From NCBI GenBank assembly GCA_046758505.1, contig JBHIAH010000024.1, positions 1 through 30,226 on the forward strand: a stretch of DNA of 30,226 nt. Reading direction: 5' to 3'. The position numbers and the translations under genes were made by a program. The stretch comes from Candidatus Methylomirabilales bacterium. Lineage in GTDB: Bacteria; Methylomirabilota; Methylomirabilia; Methylomirabilales; CSP1-5. The notes beneath the pieces were generated by a model. The model worked only from the letters and a program-made list of their open reading frames with translations. It did not search any database and had not been told where the DNA came from. Below, piece by piece: positions 9,212 through 18,506 of the stretch (position 1 is the stretch's first letter; each line of letters opens with the position of its first letter).

Positions 9212-9332
9212 GGGAGGACCCCTTTCCAGGAAACCAACGGCTCAGGCTGGAACGCACACGACCACAGATTTCCAAATTCGCTGACAGGCCCGCGGTCAGA
9301 TTGCTCACCTGCGCTGAGAGCGGAGGGAGGCG

Positions 9333-10502
9333 ATGTTTCACTGCACCACGTATGACGCCATCAAGGCCGGAGAGGTCACCGATATCTATTTTGCCAGGAC
9401 GCGGGAGATCCTCAAGGCGGAGGGACTGGACAAGCAGGTCAAGGCCGAGTTCATCGCCAAGACCCTCCCGCGAGACTGGACATGGGGCGTGCTGGCCGGG
9501 CTCGAGGAAGTCGCCAGCCTGCTCGGGGGGATGAATCTCGATGTCCGGGCAATGGGCGAGGGGACCGTTTTTCGGCCCTGGCAGCCGGTCCTAGAGATCG
9601 AAGGGATGTACACCGACTTTTGCGTGTACGAAACGCCCCTCCTGGGCCTGATCTGCCAGGCGAGCGGCATTGCCACGATGGCTGCCCGGTGCAGGCTCGC
9701 GGCCGGTGGGCGGACGCTCGTCAGTTTTGGTGCTCGTCGGATGCATCCGATCCTGGCGCCGTTCATCGAGCGGAATGCCTTCATCGGCGGCTGCGACGGC
9801 GTCTCGGTCCGTGCGGGGGCCGAGTTGATCGGCGAGCCCCCGACGGGGACAATGCCGCACGCACTGATCCTGGTGTACGGCGACACCGTCGAGGCGACCA
9901 AGGCATTCGACCGCGTGGTTGCCCCCGACGTGAAACGCATCTCGTTGATCGACACTTTTCAGGATGAGAAGTTCGAGGCCATGCGGGTTGCCTCGGCCCT
10001 GGGCGATCGGTTGTACGCGGTCCGTCTCGATACGCCCAGCTCGCGGCGGGGTAACTTCAAGCGGCTTGTGGAGGAGGTTCGCTGGGAACTAGATCTGCGG
10101 GGGTTCAGCCACGTCAAGATCTTCGTGAGCGGGGGGATGGGTGAGCGTCAAATCCGGGAGCTGCACCCGGTGGCGGACGGGTACGGGGTGGGGACCGCCA
10201 TCAGCGACGGGCCGGTCGTTGACTATTCCATGGATATCGTAGAGATTGATGGCAGGCCCGTTGCCAAGCGGGGGAAGGCGTCCGGGACCAAGCAGGTCTA
10301 TCGGTGTCCCCGTTGCCACCAGGATCTGGTCACGCCGGAGGCGTCTGACCCTCCACGGTGCGCGTGCGGCGGCGAGATGGAGGGCCTCCTCAATCCGTGG
10401 ATGGAGCGGGGGAGTCTCGTCGATGCTCTCCCGCCCCCCGCGGGGATCCGGCAGGGGGTGCTCGACCAACTCCGGTGGCTTCGAGCCTCAGGGGATCCCT
10501 AG
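9333..10502 (+). CDS. pncB: Nicotinate phosphoribosyltransferase (short, archaeal-like type)
   Basis: TDIYF, SFGARR, GTMPHA, VRLDTPSSRRG, IFVSGG, YGVGT, AKRGK; C-terminal CPRC...CAC possible Zn ribbon. Confidence 0.9.
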   Translation: MFHCTTYDAIKAGEVTDIYFARTREILKAEGLDKQVKAEFIAKTLPRDWTWGVLAGLEEVASLLGGMNLDVRAMGEGTVFRPWQPVLEIEGMYTDFCVYETPLLGLICQASGIATMAARCRLAAGGRTLVSFGARRMHPILAPFIERNAFIGGCDGVSVRAGAELIGEPPTGTMPHALILVYGDTVEATKAFDRVVAPDVKRISLIDTFQDEKFEAMRVASALGDRLYAVRLDTPSSRRGNFKRLVEEVRWELDLRGFSHVKIFVSGGMGERQIRELHPVADGYGVGTAISDGPVVDYSMDIVEIDGRPVAKRGKASGTKQVYRCPRCHQDLVTPEASDPPRCACGGEMEGLLNPWMERGSLVDALPPPAGIRQGVLDQLRWLRASGDP

Positions 10503-10529
10503 CCGAGCGTTCGCCGCTTACTGATTGGT

Positions 10530-10550
10530 GTCCAAGGTCCAAGGTCCAAA
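10530..10550. repeat. 7-bp tandem repeat (GTCCAAG x3)
   Basis: GTCCAAG GTCCAAG GTCCAAA, intergenic. Confidence 0.65.
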
Positions 10551-10579
10551 GTCTGGTATTGAGTTTGCGGAGGAGAGTA

Positions 10580-11269
10580 ATGAAAGCCAAGGACGTGATG
10601 ACGACGAAGGTGGTGGCCGTGGGTCCCGAGATGCCGGTCAACGCCATTGCGGCGCTGCTCCTCGAACGGCATATCAGTGCCGTACCGGTCATCGACGAGG
10701 ATCGACGCATTCTCGGCATCGTCAGCGAGGGGGACCTGATGCGCCGGCACGAGACCGCGCGGCGTCGATCCTGGTGGCTGGCCACGTTTGGCGAGGCTGA
10801 AGCCCTGGCGCGCGACTTCGTCCGGAGCCATGGGCAGCGGGCGAAGGATGTGATGACCCGAGGGGTCGTGACCGTGACCGACGAGACTCCCGTCGCCGCC
10901 ATCGCGGAGCTGCTCGAGCAGAAAGGGATCAAGCGGGTCCCCGTGGTGCGGGATGGCCGGCTGGTGGGGATTGTGAGCCGCGCAGACCTCCTGCGGGGGC
11001 TCGCGGCGCGGGGTTTGAAGCCGATGGCCCCCGAGGCCCAGGACGACGAGGCGATCCGTGCCCAGCTCCTGGCGGTGTTGGAGCAGGAGCCCTGGGCAGA
11101 GACCCATTTTCTCTCCGTCGTGGTGGACCATGGGGTCGTCCATTTCTGGGGTCTGGTGCGGTCCGAGGCGGAACGGCAGGCCCTGGGTGTAGCCGCCGAG
11201 ACAATTCCAGGGGTCCGGGGTGTGGAGGACCACCTGCGTCTCTTGCGGGACGTGCCCATTTCGGCGTAG
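10580..11269 (+). CDS. CBS pair plus BON domain protein
   Basis: MKAKDVMT, ISAVPV-GIVSEGDL, IKRVPVV-GIVSRADL, C-terminal VVVDHGVVHFWG...AETIPGVRGVEDHL; GGAGGA RBS. Confidence 0.92.
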   Translation: MKAKDVMTTKVVAVGPEMPVNAIAALLLERHISAVPVIDEDRRILGIVSEGDLMRRHETARRRSWWLATFGEAEALARDFVRSHGQRAKDVMTRGVVTVTDETPVAAIAELLEQKGIKRVPVVRDGRLVGIVSRADLLRGLAARGLKPMAPEAQDDEAIRAQLLAVLEQEPWAETHFLSVVVDHGVVHFWGLVRSEAERQALGVAAETIPGVRGVEDHLRLLRDVPISA

Positions 11270-11603
11270 AGAGGCGGGCCTTTGTGGCCTTCCCCTGGCG
11301 GCGCCCGCCGAGAACTCCCCCATTGCGGTCCAGGGAGATCAACACCGGACGGATATCGTGGTATACTCCCCCATCGGCTGGAGGCTCGGTTGGTCCACCG
11401 GGGTTGACGGGTGTTTCTCGCCTGTTGACCCCCTTCCAGCTGCTGGTCTTCCAGCGGGGAGCCGCGGCCCGGATTCGGGGTGTATCGTCCACAGGAGGGC
11501 CTCCGCATGGGGTATTTCGATTGTATCATATATAATGAGGATTGATGTGGAGGAGGGGGGCCGACATCCATGAGGACAAAGCGCCGATGAGCGGAGAGCG
11601 ACG

Positions 11604-13913
11604 GTGACACGGCAGGTGGAGATACCGCTTGCGATCCCCCGTGAGGATCCGGCCTGCGGGGAGCTGTTGCGGCAGACGCTGTTAGACCATAAGGGCGTGG
11701 TCTCGGCGGCCTGGGACACGGCCCGGCAGGTCCTGAGCCTGGAGTATCTTCCGGAACGGATCTCGCTGACGCGGGTGGAGGCGGTGGCGGAGAGGCTGGG
11801 GGCGCAGCTCGGGAGGCGCTATGAGCGCTGCACGCTCCGCGTCACCGGCATGAACTGCACCGAGTGTGCCCTCTCGCTCGAGCGGGAGCTCAGCCGGATC
11901 CCGGGCATTCCGTGGGTCGCCGTGGATTTCCCCGGTTCGGTGGTCCGGGCCGAGCTCGAGGCAGATGGGGCCGCCCGGGCGCGGCTCGAGCGGCGCATCG
12001 CAGAGCTTGGTTTTGCCGCGCGGCCCCGAGCGGTCGATGACGTCGAGTCCGTCGAACGGCGGCGAATGGTGGTCCTGACCGCTGCGTGCCTGCTCGCCCT
12101 GGGGGCGGGCTCGGTCCTCCGGTTTGTGCCGGGCATTCCCGGGATCGTTCCGGTCGCCTTTTTCGCCCTCGCGTATGCCACCGGGGGGTATTACAGCGCG
12201 AAGAACGCTATCGCCGCCCTCCGGGAACGCACGGTGGATGTGAACCTCCTGATGGTCACGGCGGCGCTGGGCGCCGCCGGAATCGACTACTGGCAGGAGG
12301 GGGCGATCCTGATGTTTCTCTTCTCCCTCTCGAACACGCTGGAGTCTTTCGCCATGTTTCGGACCCGCCGGGCCATCGTGGCCCTGATGGAACTCAATCC
12401 CGAGGATGCCCGCGTCCGGCGAGAGGGCGAGGAGGTTCGGGTCCCGGTAGAGGATCTGCGGGTGGGCGAGGTCGTGATCGTCGGGCCCGCGGACCGCATT
12501 CCCGTGGATGGTCAGGTACTGACGGGCCGGTCGGTGGTCGACGAATCTCCGATCACGGGTGAATCAATCCCGGTCGAGAAGGGGCGGGGCTCTGGGGTGT
12601 ACGCGGGCTCCATGAATCAGCAGGGCGTGCTGGAGATCCGGATGACCCGGCCCGCGTCCGAAAGCACGCTCGCCCGCGTGATCCGCCTCGTGGAAGACGC
12701 CCGGAGCCAAAAGGCCGAGGCCCAGCATCTCACAGAGTGGGTGGGCCGGTACTATACGGCTGCGGTGCTGGGCGGTGCCGCCCTGTTCATCCTGGTTACG
12801 CCGCTCTTCCTCGGGTGGCCCTTCGCCGTGAGCTTCTACCGGGCAATGACGCTCCTGGTGGTGGCCTCGCCCTGCGCCCTTGTGATCTCCATCCCGGCCG
12901 CTATCCTCTCCGGGATCGCCGGGGGCGCTCGCGCGGGGATCCTCTTTAAGGGGGGGGTCACTCTCGAGCAGGCGGCAGGGGTGCGGGTCGTGGCGTTCGA
13001 CAAGACCGGAACCCTGACCGAGGGACGGCTCCGGGTGACCGACGTTGTTCCGCTGGGGAAGGAGGACGGCGCGACAGTTCTCGGCCTGGCCGCCGCGGTC
13101 GAAGTCCGGTCGGAGCACCACCTCGGCAGGGCGGTGGTCGAGGCGGCCCGCGAGCGGGGTGTGCAGGTCGTGCCGGCCGATGAGGTCGAGACCTTCCCGG
13201 GGCGCGGGATCCGAGGGATCGTGGAGGGGCGGCGGGTCTGGGTGGGGAACCCGGGGCTGATGCGGGAGACGAGTGGGCCGCTGGATCCTGCAGTGTTGTC
13301 CCGGATCGAGGATCTCGAGTCCCACGGGAAGACCGTCGTCGTCGTCGGCGCGGACCGTCCGCTTGGTATGATTGCGGTTGCCGATTCAATCCGGCCGGCC
13401 GCGAGGCGGGTGGTGGAAGAGCTCAGGCAGAATGGCGTGGCCCATCTGGTGATGCTGACCGGGGACAATGCGCGTGTGGCACAGGCGGTGGCCGCCGAGG
13501 TGGGGATCCCGGAGTGGCGGGCGGGTCTCTTGCCGGAGCAGAAGGTCGGGGCGGTCCGGGACCTGGTCGCCTCCAGGGGTCTTGTGGCGATGGTGGGGGA
13601 CGGTGTCAACGACGCCCCGGCCCTGGCCGCGGCGACCCTGGGCGTGGCGATGGGAGGAGCCGCCACCGACGTGGCGCTCGAGACGGCGGACGTCGTGCTC
13701 ATGGCTGACGACCTCACGAAGCTCCCGCAGGCGCTGGGGCTGAGCCGTCGATGCCGGCGGGTGATTCTGCAGAACCTCGCATTCGCGGGAGTCGTGATCC
13801 TCGGGCTCGTGGCCTCGACCCTGATCGGATGGATGACACTCCCCATCGGAGTCGTCGGGCACGAGGGAAGCACGCTGCTGGTCGTGGCGAACGGCCTTCG
13901 ACTCTTGCGATGA
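11604..13913 (+). CDS. Heavy-metal P1B-type ATPase with P1B-4 signature and N-terminal HMA domain
   Basis: GMNCTEC, TGES, SPC, DKTGT, MLTGDN, GDGVNDAP, HEGST; GTG start. Confidence 0.93.
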   Translation: MTRQVEIPLAIPREDPACGELLRQTLLDHKGVVSAAWDTARQVLSLEYLPERISLTRVEAVAERLGAQLGRRYERCTLRVTGMNCTECALSLERELSRIPGIPWVAVDFPGSVVRAELEADGAARARLERRIAELGFAARPRAVDDVESVERRRMVVLTAACLLALGAGSVLRFVPGIPGIVPVAFFALAYATGGYYSAKNAIAALRERTVDVNLLMVTAALGAAGIDYWQEGAILMFLFSLSNTLESFAMFRTRRAIVALMELNPEDARVRREGEEVRVPVEDLRVGEVVIVGPADRIPVDGQVLTGRSVVDESPITGESIPVEKGRGSGVYAGSMNQQGVLEIRMTRPASESTLARVIRLVEDARSQKAEAQHLTEWVGRYYTAAVLGGAALFILVTPLFLGWPFAVSFYRAMTLLVVASPCALVISIPAAILSGIAGGARAGILFKGGVTLEQAAGVRVVAFDKTGTLTEGRLRVTDVVPLGKEDGATVLGLAAAVEVRSEHHLGRAVVEAARERGVQVVPADEVETFPGRGIRGIVEGRRVWVGNPGLMRETSGPLDPAVLSRIEDLESHGKTVVVVGADRPLGMIAVADSIRPAARRVVEELRQNGVAHLVMLTGDNARVAQAVAAEVGIPEWRAGLLPEQKVGAVRDLVASRGLVAMVGDGVNDAPALAAATLGVAMGGAATDVALETADVVLMADDLTKLPQALGLSRRCRRVILQNLAFAGVVILGLVASTLIGWMTLPIGVVGHEGSTLLVVANGLRLLR

Positions 13914-14118
13914 TCCGCGCCGTCGACACTCCGGGCCTCACGATTTCCCCAATCGCAGCCCTGCCCTTCCGGATCCGGCACCGTAGAATGCTCGGTGAGG
14001 CTGCCCTGCCGCAAGACGTTAAGCTCTCCCACGGCACGGACACGATGAGAAAGTTTGGATCCCTGTCCCGGCACTGTTCCGGCCAGCCTTCTGTCGCCGA
14101 CAGCATCCGGGTCCGATT

Positions 14119-15153
14119 GTGAGGGCGTTCGTACAGGGGCTTCTCACGGGCCATGGCCCCCTGATTCCCCTCCTGGCCCTGGTGTCGGTGGGCGCCCTGG
14201 TCTTTCTGGTCGCCTCCCGGCTGTCCCACCACGCCGACACGATCGGAGACGAGACGGGGTTTGGCGGCCTCTGGATCGGAACGGTGTTGCTCGCTGCCGC
14301 CACCTCGCTTCCCGAAGTGCTCACCGATCTCAACGCCGCCCTGCTCGATACGCCGAATATCGGCGTGGGGGATCTGTTTGGCGCCAACCTGGCCAACATG
14401 ATGATCCTGGCGGTCTTGGATCTCGTCTTTGCCCGGCGTCGGATCCTCGAGCATGTGGCCAGGGAGCACATCCGGTTCGGACTCCTTGGGATCGTGCTCA
14501 TGGGGATGGCGGGGACGGGGATCCTCACCGGCGGGTGGGCCCGGATCGGCCACATCGGGCTCGACACGCTCATGATCGCCCTGGTCTACCTGGGAGGGAT
14601 GCGGCTCCTGTACCGTTCCACGGCGTCCCTGCTGCGTCCCGTCGGGGTGGCGGACGCGCGGAGTCCCGAGCGGGCCCGCCTTCAGGGGGCAGCGGTCGGT
14701 TTCGCGCTCGGGACCATCGGCCTTTTGGTCCTAACGCCCCTGCTGGTCCTCTCGGCCGAGGCCGTCTCGTTGGAGACCGGGGTGAGCACCACATTCGTCG
14801 GCACCCTGTTGGTGGGTCTGACCACGACGTTGCCCGAACTGGGTACCACGTACGCGGCCATTCGCCTCGGGGCCTTCGATCTTGCGGTTGGAAACCTCTT
14901 TGGGAGCGTCATCTTTAACATGATCATCCTCCTGTTGATGGACGCCGCCTATCCGCGAGGGCCCCTGCTGGGTCTCGTCGCTCAGGATCATCTGTTGACG
15001 GTCGGCCTCGCGATCACCTGTCTCACGCTAGGCATCGTGGCCATCCTCTCCCGCAGCCGTCGGCACGCCGGTTCCCTGCGGCTGGAGAACATCCTGATCA
15101 TCGCGACCTACATCGGGGGACTCTGGTTGCTCTACAGCCTGGGTGTGGCGTGA
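14119..15153 (+). CDS. Sodium/calcium exchanger (CaCA) family antiporter
   Basis: Two alpha repeats ATSLPE...GDLFGAN and TTTLPE...GNLFGS..FN; ~10 TM. Confidence 0.9.
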   Translation: MRAFVQGLLTGHGPLIPLLALVSVGALVFLVASRLSHHADTIGDETGFGGLWIGTVLLAAATSLPEVLTDLNAALLDTPNIGVGDLFGANLANMMILAVLDLVFARRRILEHVAREHIRFGLLGIVLMGMAGTGILTGGWARIGHIGLDTLMIALVYLGGMRLLYRSTASLLRPVGVADARSPERARLQGAAVGFALGTIGLLVLTPLLVLSAEAVSLETGVSTTFVGTLLVGLTTTLPELGTTYAAIRLGAFDLAVGNLFGSVIFNMIILLLMDAAYPRGPLLGLVAQDHLLTVGLAITCLTLGIVAILSRSRRHAGSLRLENILIIATYIGGLWLLYSLGVA

Positions 15154-15373
15154 GCCAGGGGGATGTATTGTCTTTGGCAGCGGCCATGTCAGCATTCTGG
15201 AGATCGCCCGGGGGCACCTGGTAATCACCCTTCTTGGGACCGCGTGGATCGCATTGCGGACGTATCCGTTTGTCGTCCCTATGTTTGGATTGGCGGGACC
15301 TCTTCCGTCACGTTGCAGATAATCCTTGAATCGAAGGACGCCCCTTTCCCTTGACACCGTCTGTCGCATGTTT

Positions 15374-15402
15374 TTGACATTACGATTCCGCTCGACTATA
15401 GT
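15374..15402 (+). promoter_or_regulatory. Sigma70-type promoter
   Basis: TTGACA-N17-TATAGT, 40 bp before ATG 15442; the -10 lies within palindrome CGACTATAGTCG. Confidence 0.7.
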
Positions 15403-15441
15403 CGGAAGCGTCATCGGCTTAACACAAGAGGAGGTACCCTG

Positions 15442-15921
15442 ATGCGGCGATGGGTCATTGGGATGATATTTGTATTCTTGCTCTTTCTCCCCCAGTCCGG
15501 ACGGGGACAGTCGAAGGGGGCGCGGGTCGGGGCGCGGGTCGTCGGAAACCTCGAGGTCACCCTCTACGTGTGGGGGCCCCAAGACGTGCTTCACCCCCGA
15601 GGAGAAGGCCACCATACGCCGCAGGAGAAAGCGACCCATCACCTGGACGTGCGGGTCTACGATCTGCGGCGGGCGATCTACATTCCGTACCTTACCGTCA
15701 AGGCGACGATTACCGACCGCACCAAGCAGCGGGAGTTTACTGTGGGGTTGAATCCCATGATCGGGGAATGGCTGCACTATGGGGCCAACATCACGCTTCC
15801 CCATCCCGGGACCTATTCGATTCTGGTGGATGTCCAGCCCCCGGATATCGCCCGGTATAAGTACCTGGCGGATGTGTGGAGTAGCCCGGCTGAGGGGCTG
15901 TTCACCTACGAATACCGGTAA
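15442..15921 (+). CDS. Periplasmic P19/FetP/Tp34-like metal (iron) binding protein
   Basis: Signal peptide; HHLDVRV, YIPYLTV, PM...HYGANITLP-PGTY, VQPP, C-terminal FTYEY; GAGGAGG RBS. Confidence 0.75.
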   Translation: MRRWVIGMIFVFLLFLPQSGRGQSKGARVGARVVGNLEVTLYVWGPQDVLHPRGEGHHTPQEKATHHLDVRVYDLRRAIYIPYLTVKATITDRTKQREFTVGLNPMIGEWLHYGANITLPHPGTYSILVDVQPPDIARYKYLADVWSSPAEGLFTYEYR

Positions 15922-16118
15922 GCAGTCGATCGCTGAACATGTCAAGCGCACGGTGGCGCGCCCAGTGCAATCCTTTCTGTTCCCGCCCGGCCACAGACAC
16001 CAACGCTGTTTCCCGGCTGGATCTCGCTTGAGCCCGGTTGTTCGACTCCGGGTTTGTCTTTTGCCACCTCGTCGGACCGAACGGTACGGCCGGCAAGGTG
16101 GGTGATAAGCCTCTTCCC

Positions 16119-16144
16119 TGCGGCACCCCTGCCTCACTGAGGTA
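16119..16144 (+). promoter_or_regulatory. Putative enhancer (UAS), copy 3
   Basis: TGCGGCA-CCCC-TGCCTCA at 16119-16136 and half-site TGAGGTA at 16138; 187 bp upstream of the -24 GG. Confidence 0.6.
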
Positions 16145-16265
16145 ACCCCCCGTCTTTTGCGGCGTTCCCCTTTTGTTTCATTCCAGGACGGCCTGGCCTG
16201 GTGGGACATCCGTGCCTCAATCCGCATGTTCCTCCATTGCTTGGTGAGATGCGATCGTGCCGAGA

Positions 16266-16320
16266 AATCAAAGAGTTACGGCTGGAAGGGGATGGAAATG
16301 CTCGTGGCACCCTCTTTGCA
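16266..16320 (+). promoter_or_regulatory. IHF site plus sigma54 -24/-12 promoter 3
   Basis: AATCAA-AGAG-TTA (exact WATCAANNNNTTR) at 16266-16278; TGGCAC-CCTCT-TTGCA at 16305-16320. Confidence 0.88.
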
Positions 16321-16383
16321 AAATCTAAGGCGGACCCGGGCCCGCAATCTACGATCTCGGAAGGCTCGAGAGGGAGGAGGGGG

Positions 16384-16851
16384 ATGGGTAAGCCTCGAAA
16401 TCGGTCTGCGCGATCGAAACGAGGGGGGTCCCGGCACTGGTCGGTGGCTCTCGTGATCGTGACCGTGGGAGTTGCCGCCGTGGCCGCCTAGCGGGCGGAG
16501 GCTCCACGGCAGGTCGACCCTCGTGGTCCTTCCGTGGCGTCGGCGACGGTCCTCCCCGCGCTGGCGCGGCGGGAGAGCCGTCCGACTCTCGACCCAGCGC
16601 TCTTCGTCGGCAAGGCGGCGCTTGCCCACCAAGTGGCGCGGGAGATCCCCGGGGTGCTCGACCGGCTGTACTGTTACTGCTATTGCGACAAGCATCTCGG
16701 TCACAAAAGCCTCCTCTCCTGTTACACCGACGGCCACGCGGCAACCTGAGACATCTGCATGGATGAGGCGCTGGATGCGTCTCGCATGGCAAAGGCGGGA
16801 TACCAAGTGGCTCAGATCCGCGCCCAGATCAACCGGAAGTACGCCCGCTGA
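16384..16851 (+). CDS. PCYCGC/CYCxC-motif protein, predicted selenoprotein (TGA 16747-16749 = Sec); also interrupted by TAG 16489-16491
   Basis: ATG after GGAGG; N-terminal TM; LYCYCYCDKHLGHKSLLSCYTDGHAAT-U-DICMDEALDA...QIRAQINRKY; UxxC replaces the family CxxC; SECIS-like hairpin. Confidence 0.78.
16756..16791 (+). promoter_or_regulatory. Candidate bacterial SECIS element
   Basis: GAGGCGC-TGGAT-GCGTCTC stem-loop with lower TGCATG/CATGGCA pairing; G-containing loop starts 23 nt after the UGA. Confidence 0.65.
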
Positions 16852-16980
16852 TCGCCCGAATTCTCGAGTTGCTGCTCACGGACCGTATGCTGCCAAAATG
16901 CCGGCATGATGTGGTCGTGATTGGAAGCAGTCGAGACCGTGCGTGAATACTGTGTAAAGGTCACACGGAAACTCAAGGGG

Positions 16981-17718
16981 ATGTTCCACAAAATTCCTGA
17001 GCAAATAAGAAGACTGTCAATCGTCCTTGCCCTGATTATTGGGGGGGCGCTGGTCCTCAGGTATATTATTCTGCCTGCGTCCCTGTTCGGGACACAATTT
17101 CATCGCGCATCGACGATACGGAGGGAGGTTGCGAAACCTGTCAAGTTTGCAGGGACGACCGTGTGCGGTGAATGCCATGACGATAAACTGGCGATCAAGA
17201 GAAAGGGATTCCACAAAGACCTCGGGTGCGAAACGTGTCATGGGCCCGCAGCGCTGCATACGGAGGACCCGTTGACGGTAAAGCCCTTTGCGCCCCGGGA
17301 AAGAAAGTTCTGTCCCCTGTGCCATGCATACGATCCGTCGAGACCAACAGGTTTTCCGCAAATCAATGTGACGCTTCATAATCCCCTCAAGCCGTGCATC
17401 ACCTGTCATAATCCACACGATCCAAAGCCCCCCACAGCTCCGAGTAAGTGTTCTGCCTGTCATGCAGAAATTGCCAGAACCAAGGCGGTTTCACACCATG
17501 CACTCATCAGTTGCACGACATGTCACAGGGCGCCGAGGCGACATCGACTGAGCCCGCGCCGTGTGAAACCAACCAAGCCGGCAACGCGGGAATTCTGCGG
17601 GAAGTGCCATCGGGAAGGATCCAAGAGAAAGGACGCGCCAAAGATCGACCTGGCTACGCACGAGCCGAGACATCTGTGTTGGGAGTGTCATTATCCGCAT
17701 ATGCCGGGGGGGGCGTGA
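16981..17718 (+). CDS. Membrane-anchored octaheme cytochrome c
   Basis: N-terminal TM; 8 CxxCH (CGECH, CETCH, CPLCH, CITCH, CSACH, CTTCH, CGKCH, CWECH). Confidence 0.92.
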   Translation: MFHKIPEQIRRLSIVLALIIGGALVLRYIILPASLFGTQFHRASTIRREVAKPVKFAGTTVCGECHDDKLAIKRKGFHKDLGCETCHGPAALHTEDPLTVKPFAPRERKFCPLCHAYDPSRPTGFPQINVTLHNPLKPCITCHNPHDPKPPTAPSKCSACHAEIARTKAVSHHALISCTTCHRAPRRHRLSPRRVKPTKPATREFCGKCHREGSKRKDAPKIDLATHEPRHLCWECHYPHMPGGA

Positions 17719-18506
17719 TGGGCCGAAGGCGTTTTCTCCAGGGCCTGGTGTGGTTTATTTCCGTCTGCCTGTTTTCCAGGAATCCTCTCAAGGAGGTCGT
17801 TGCCAGTACGAGTGCAGAGCCAGGCGCAGGTCTGAACGGAGATGCAAAATTCCCGGTCGAAGGGTACGATCCCGCGAAACACTATTATGCAATGGGGATC
17901 GATATCGATAAATGTATCGGCTGTAACAGGTGCGTTGAAGCCTGCACGATTGAAAACAACGTCCCCCCAGAGCCGTTCTTTACGCGCACGTGGGTCGAGC
18001 GATACGTGATAAAGAATGACAAGACCGTCGCGGTACAGAACATCTCTGAGGGGAGAGATAGAGCCGAGGGACCCATAGAGGAGCGTGATATCCTGAGGAG
18101 CTTCTTTGTTCCCAAACTGTGCAATCAATGTGACAATCCTCCATGTGTGCAGGTCTGTCCTGTGGGAGCTACCTGGTCAACACAGGACGGAGTTATTGTT
18201 GTCGACAGTGAGCGCTGTATTGGATGCAGATACTGCATCCAGGCGTGCCCGTACGGCGCGCGATACCTTCATCCGAAAACCAAAACGGCCGATAAATGCA
18301 CGTTTTGTTATCATCGAATCGTCAAGGGGATGCTCCCGGCCTGCGTGGAGGTCTGTCCGACCGAAGCAAGAATTTTTGGAGACTTGAAGAGCAAAGCAAG
18401 CCGCCTGGTCCGATTCGAACGGATGAACAAGATCCACGTGCTCAAACCGCATCTCAACACCGAGCCGAAAGTCTATTACTCCGGTCTTGATGGAGAAGTG
18501 CGATGA
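17718..18506 (+). CDS. NrfC/PsrB-like four-cluster 4Fe-4S protein with Tat-like signal
   Basis: MGRRRFL; CIGCNRCVEAC, CNQCDNPPCVQVCP, CIGCRYCIQACP, CTFC...PACVEVCP. Confidence 0.93.
   Translation: MGRRRFLQGLVWFISVCLFSRNPLKEVVASTSAEPGAGLNGDAKFPVEGYDPAKHYYAMGIDIDKCIGCNRCVEACTIENNVPPEPFFTRTWVERYVIKNDKTVAVQNISEGRDRAEGPIEERDILRSFFVPKLCNQCDNPPCVQVCPVGATWSTQDGVIVVDSERCIGCRYCIQACPYGARYLHPKTKTADKCTFCYHRIVKGMLPACVEVCPTEARIFGDLKSKASRLVRFERMNKIHVLKPHLNTEPKVYYSGLDGEVR

Noticed and set aside
9212..9332. NAD riboswitch or nicotinamidase remnant before pncB
   Set aside because: No recognisable riboswitch consensus or isochorismatase motif
11515..11590. AT-rich TCATATATAATGA patch as a metal-repressor operator, and mini-ORF MRTKRR
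   Set aside because: TATAAT is present but there is no -35 and only a 4-bp inverted repeat; cannot be assigned
15154..15354. Readthrough of the CaCA TGA into ORF 15163-15354
   Set aside because: The antiporter is complete at its stop; no Cys-equivalent context or recognisable downstream domain
16951..16966. TGTGT-AAAGG-TCACA as a CRP/FNR-family site
   Set aside because: Spacer is 5 bp rather than 6, with no associated promoter
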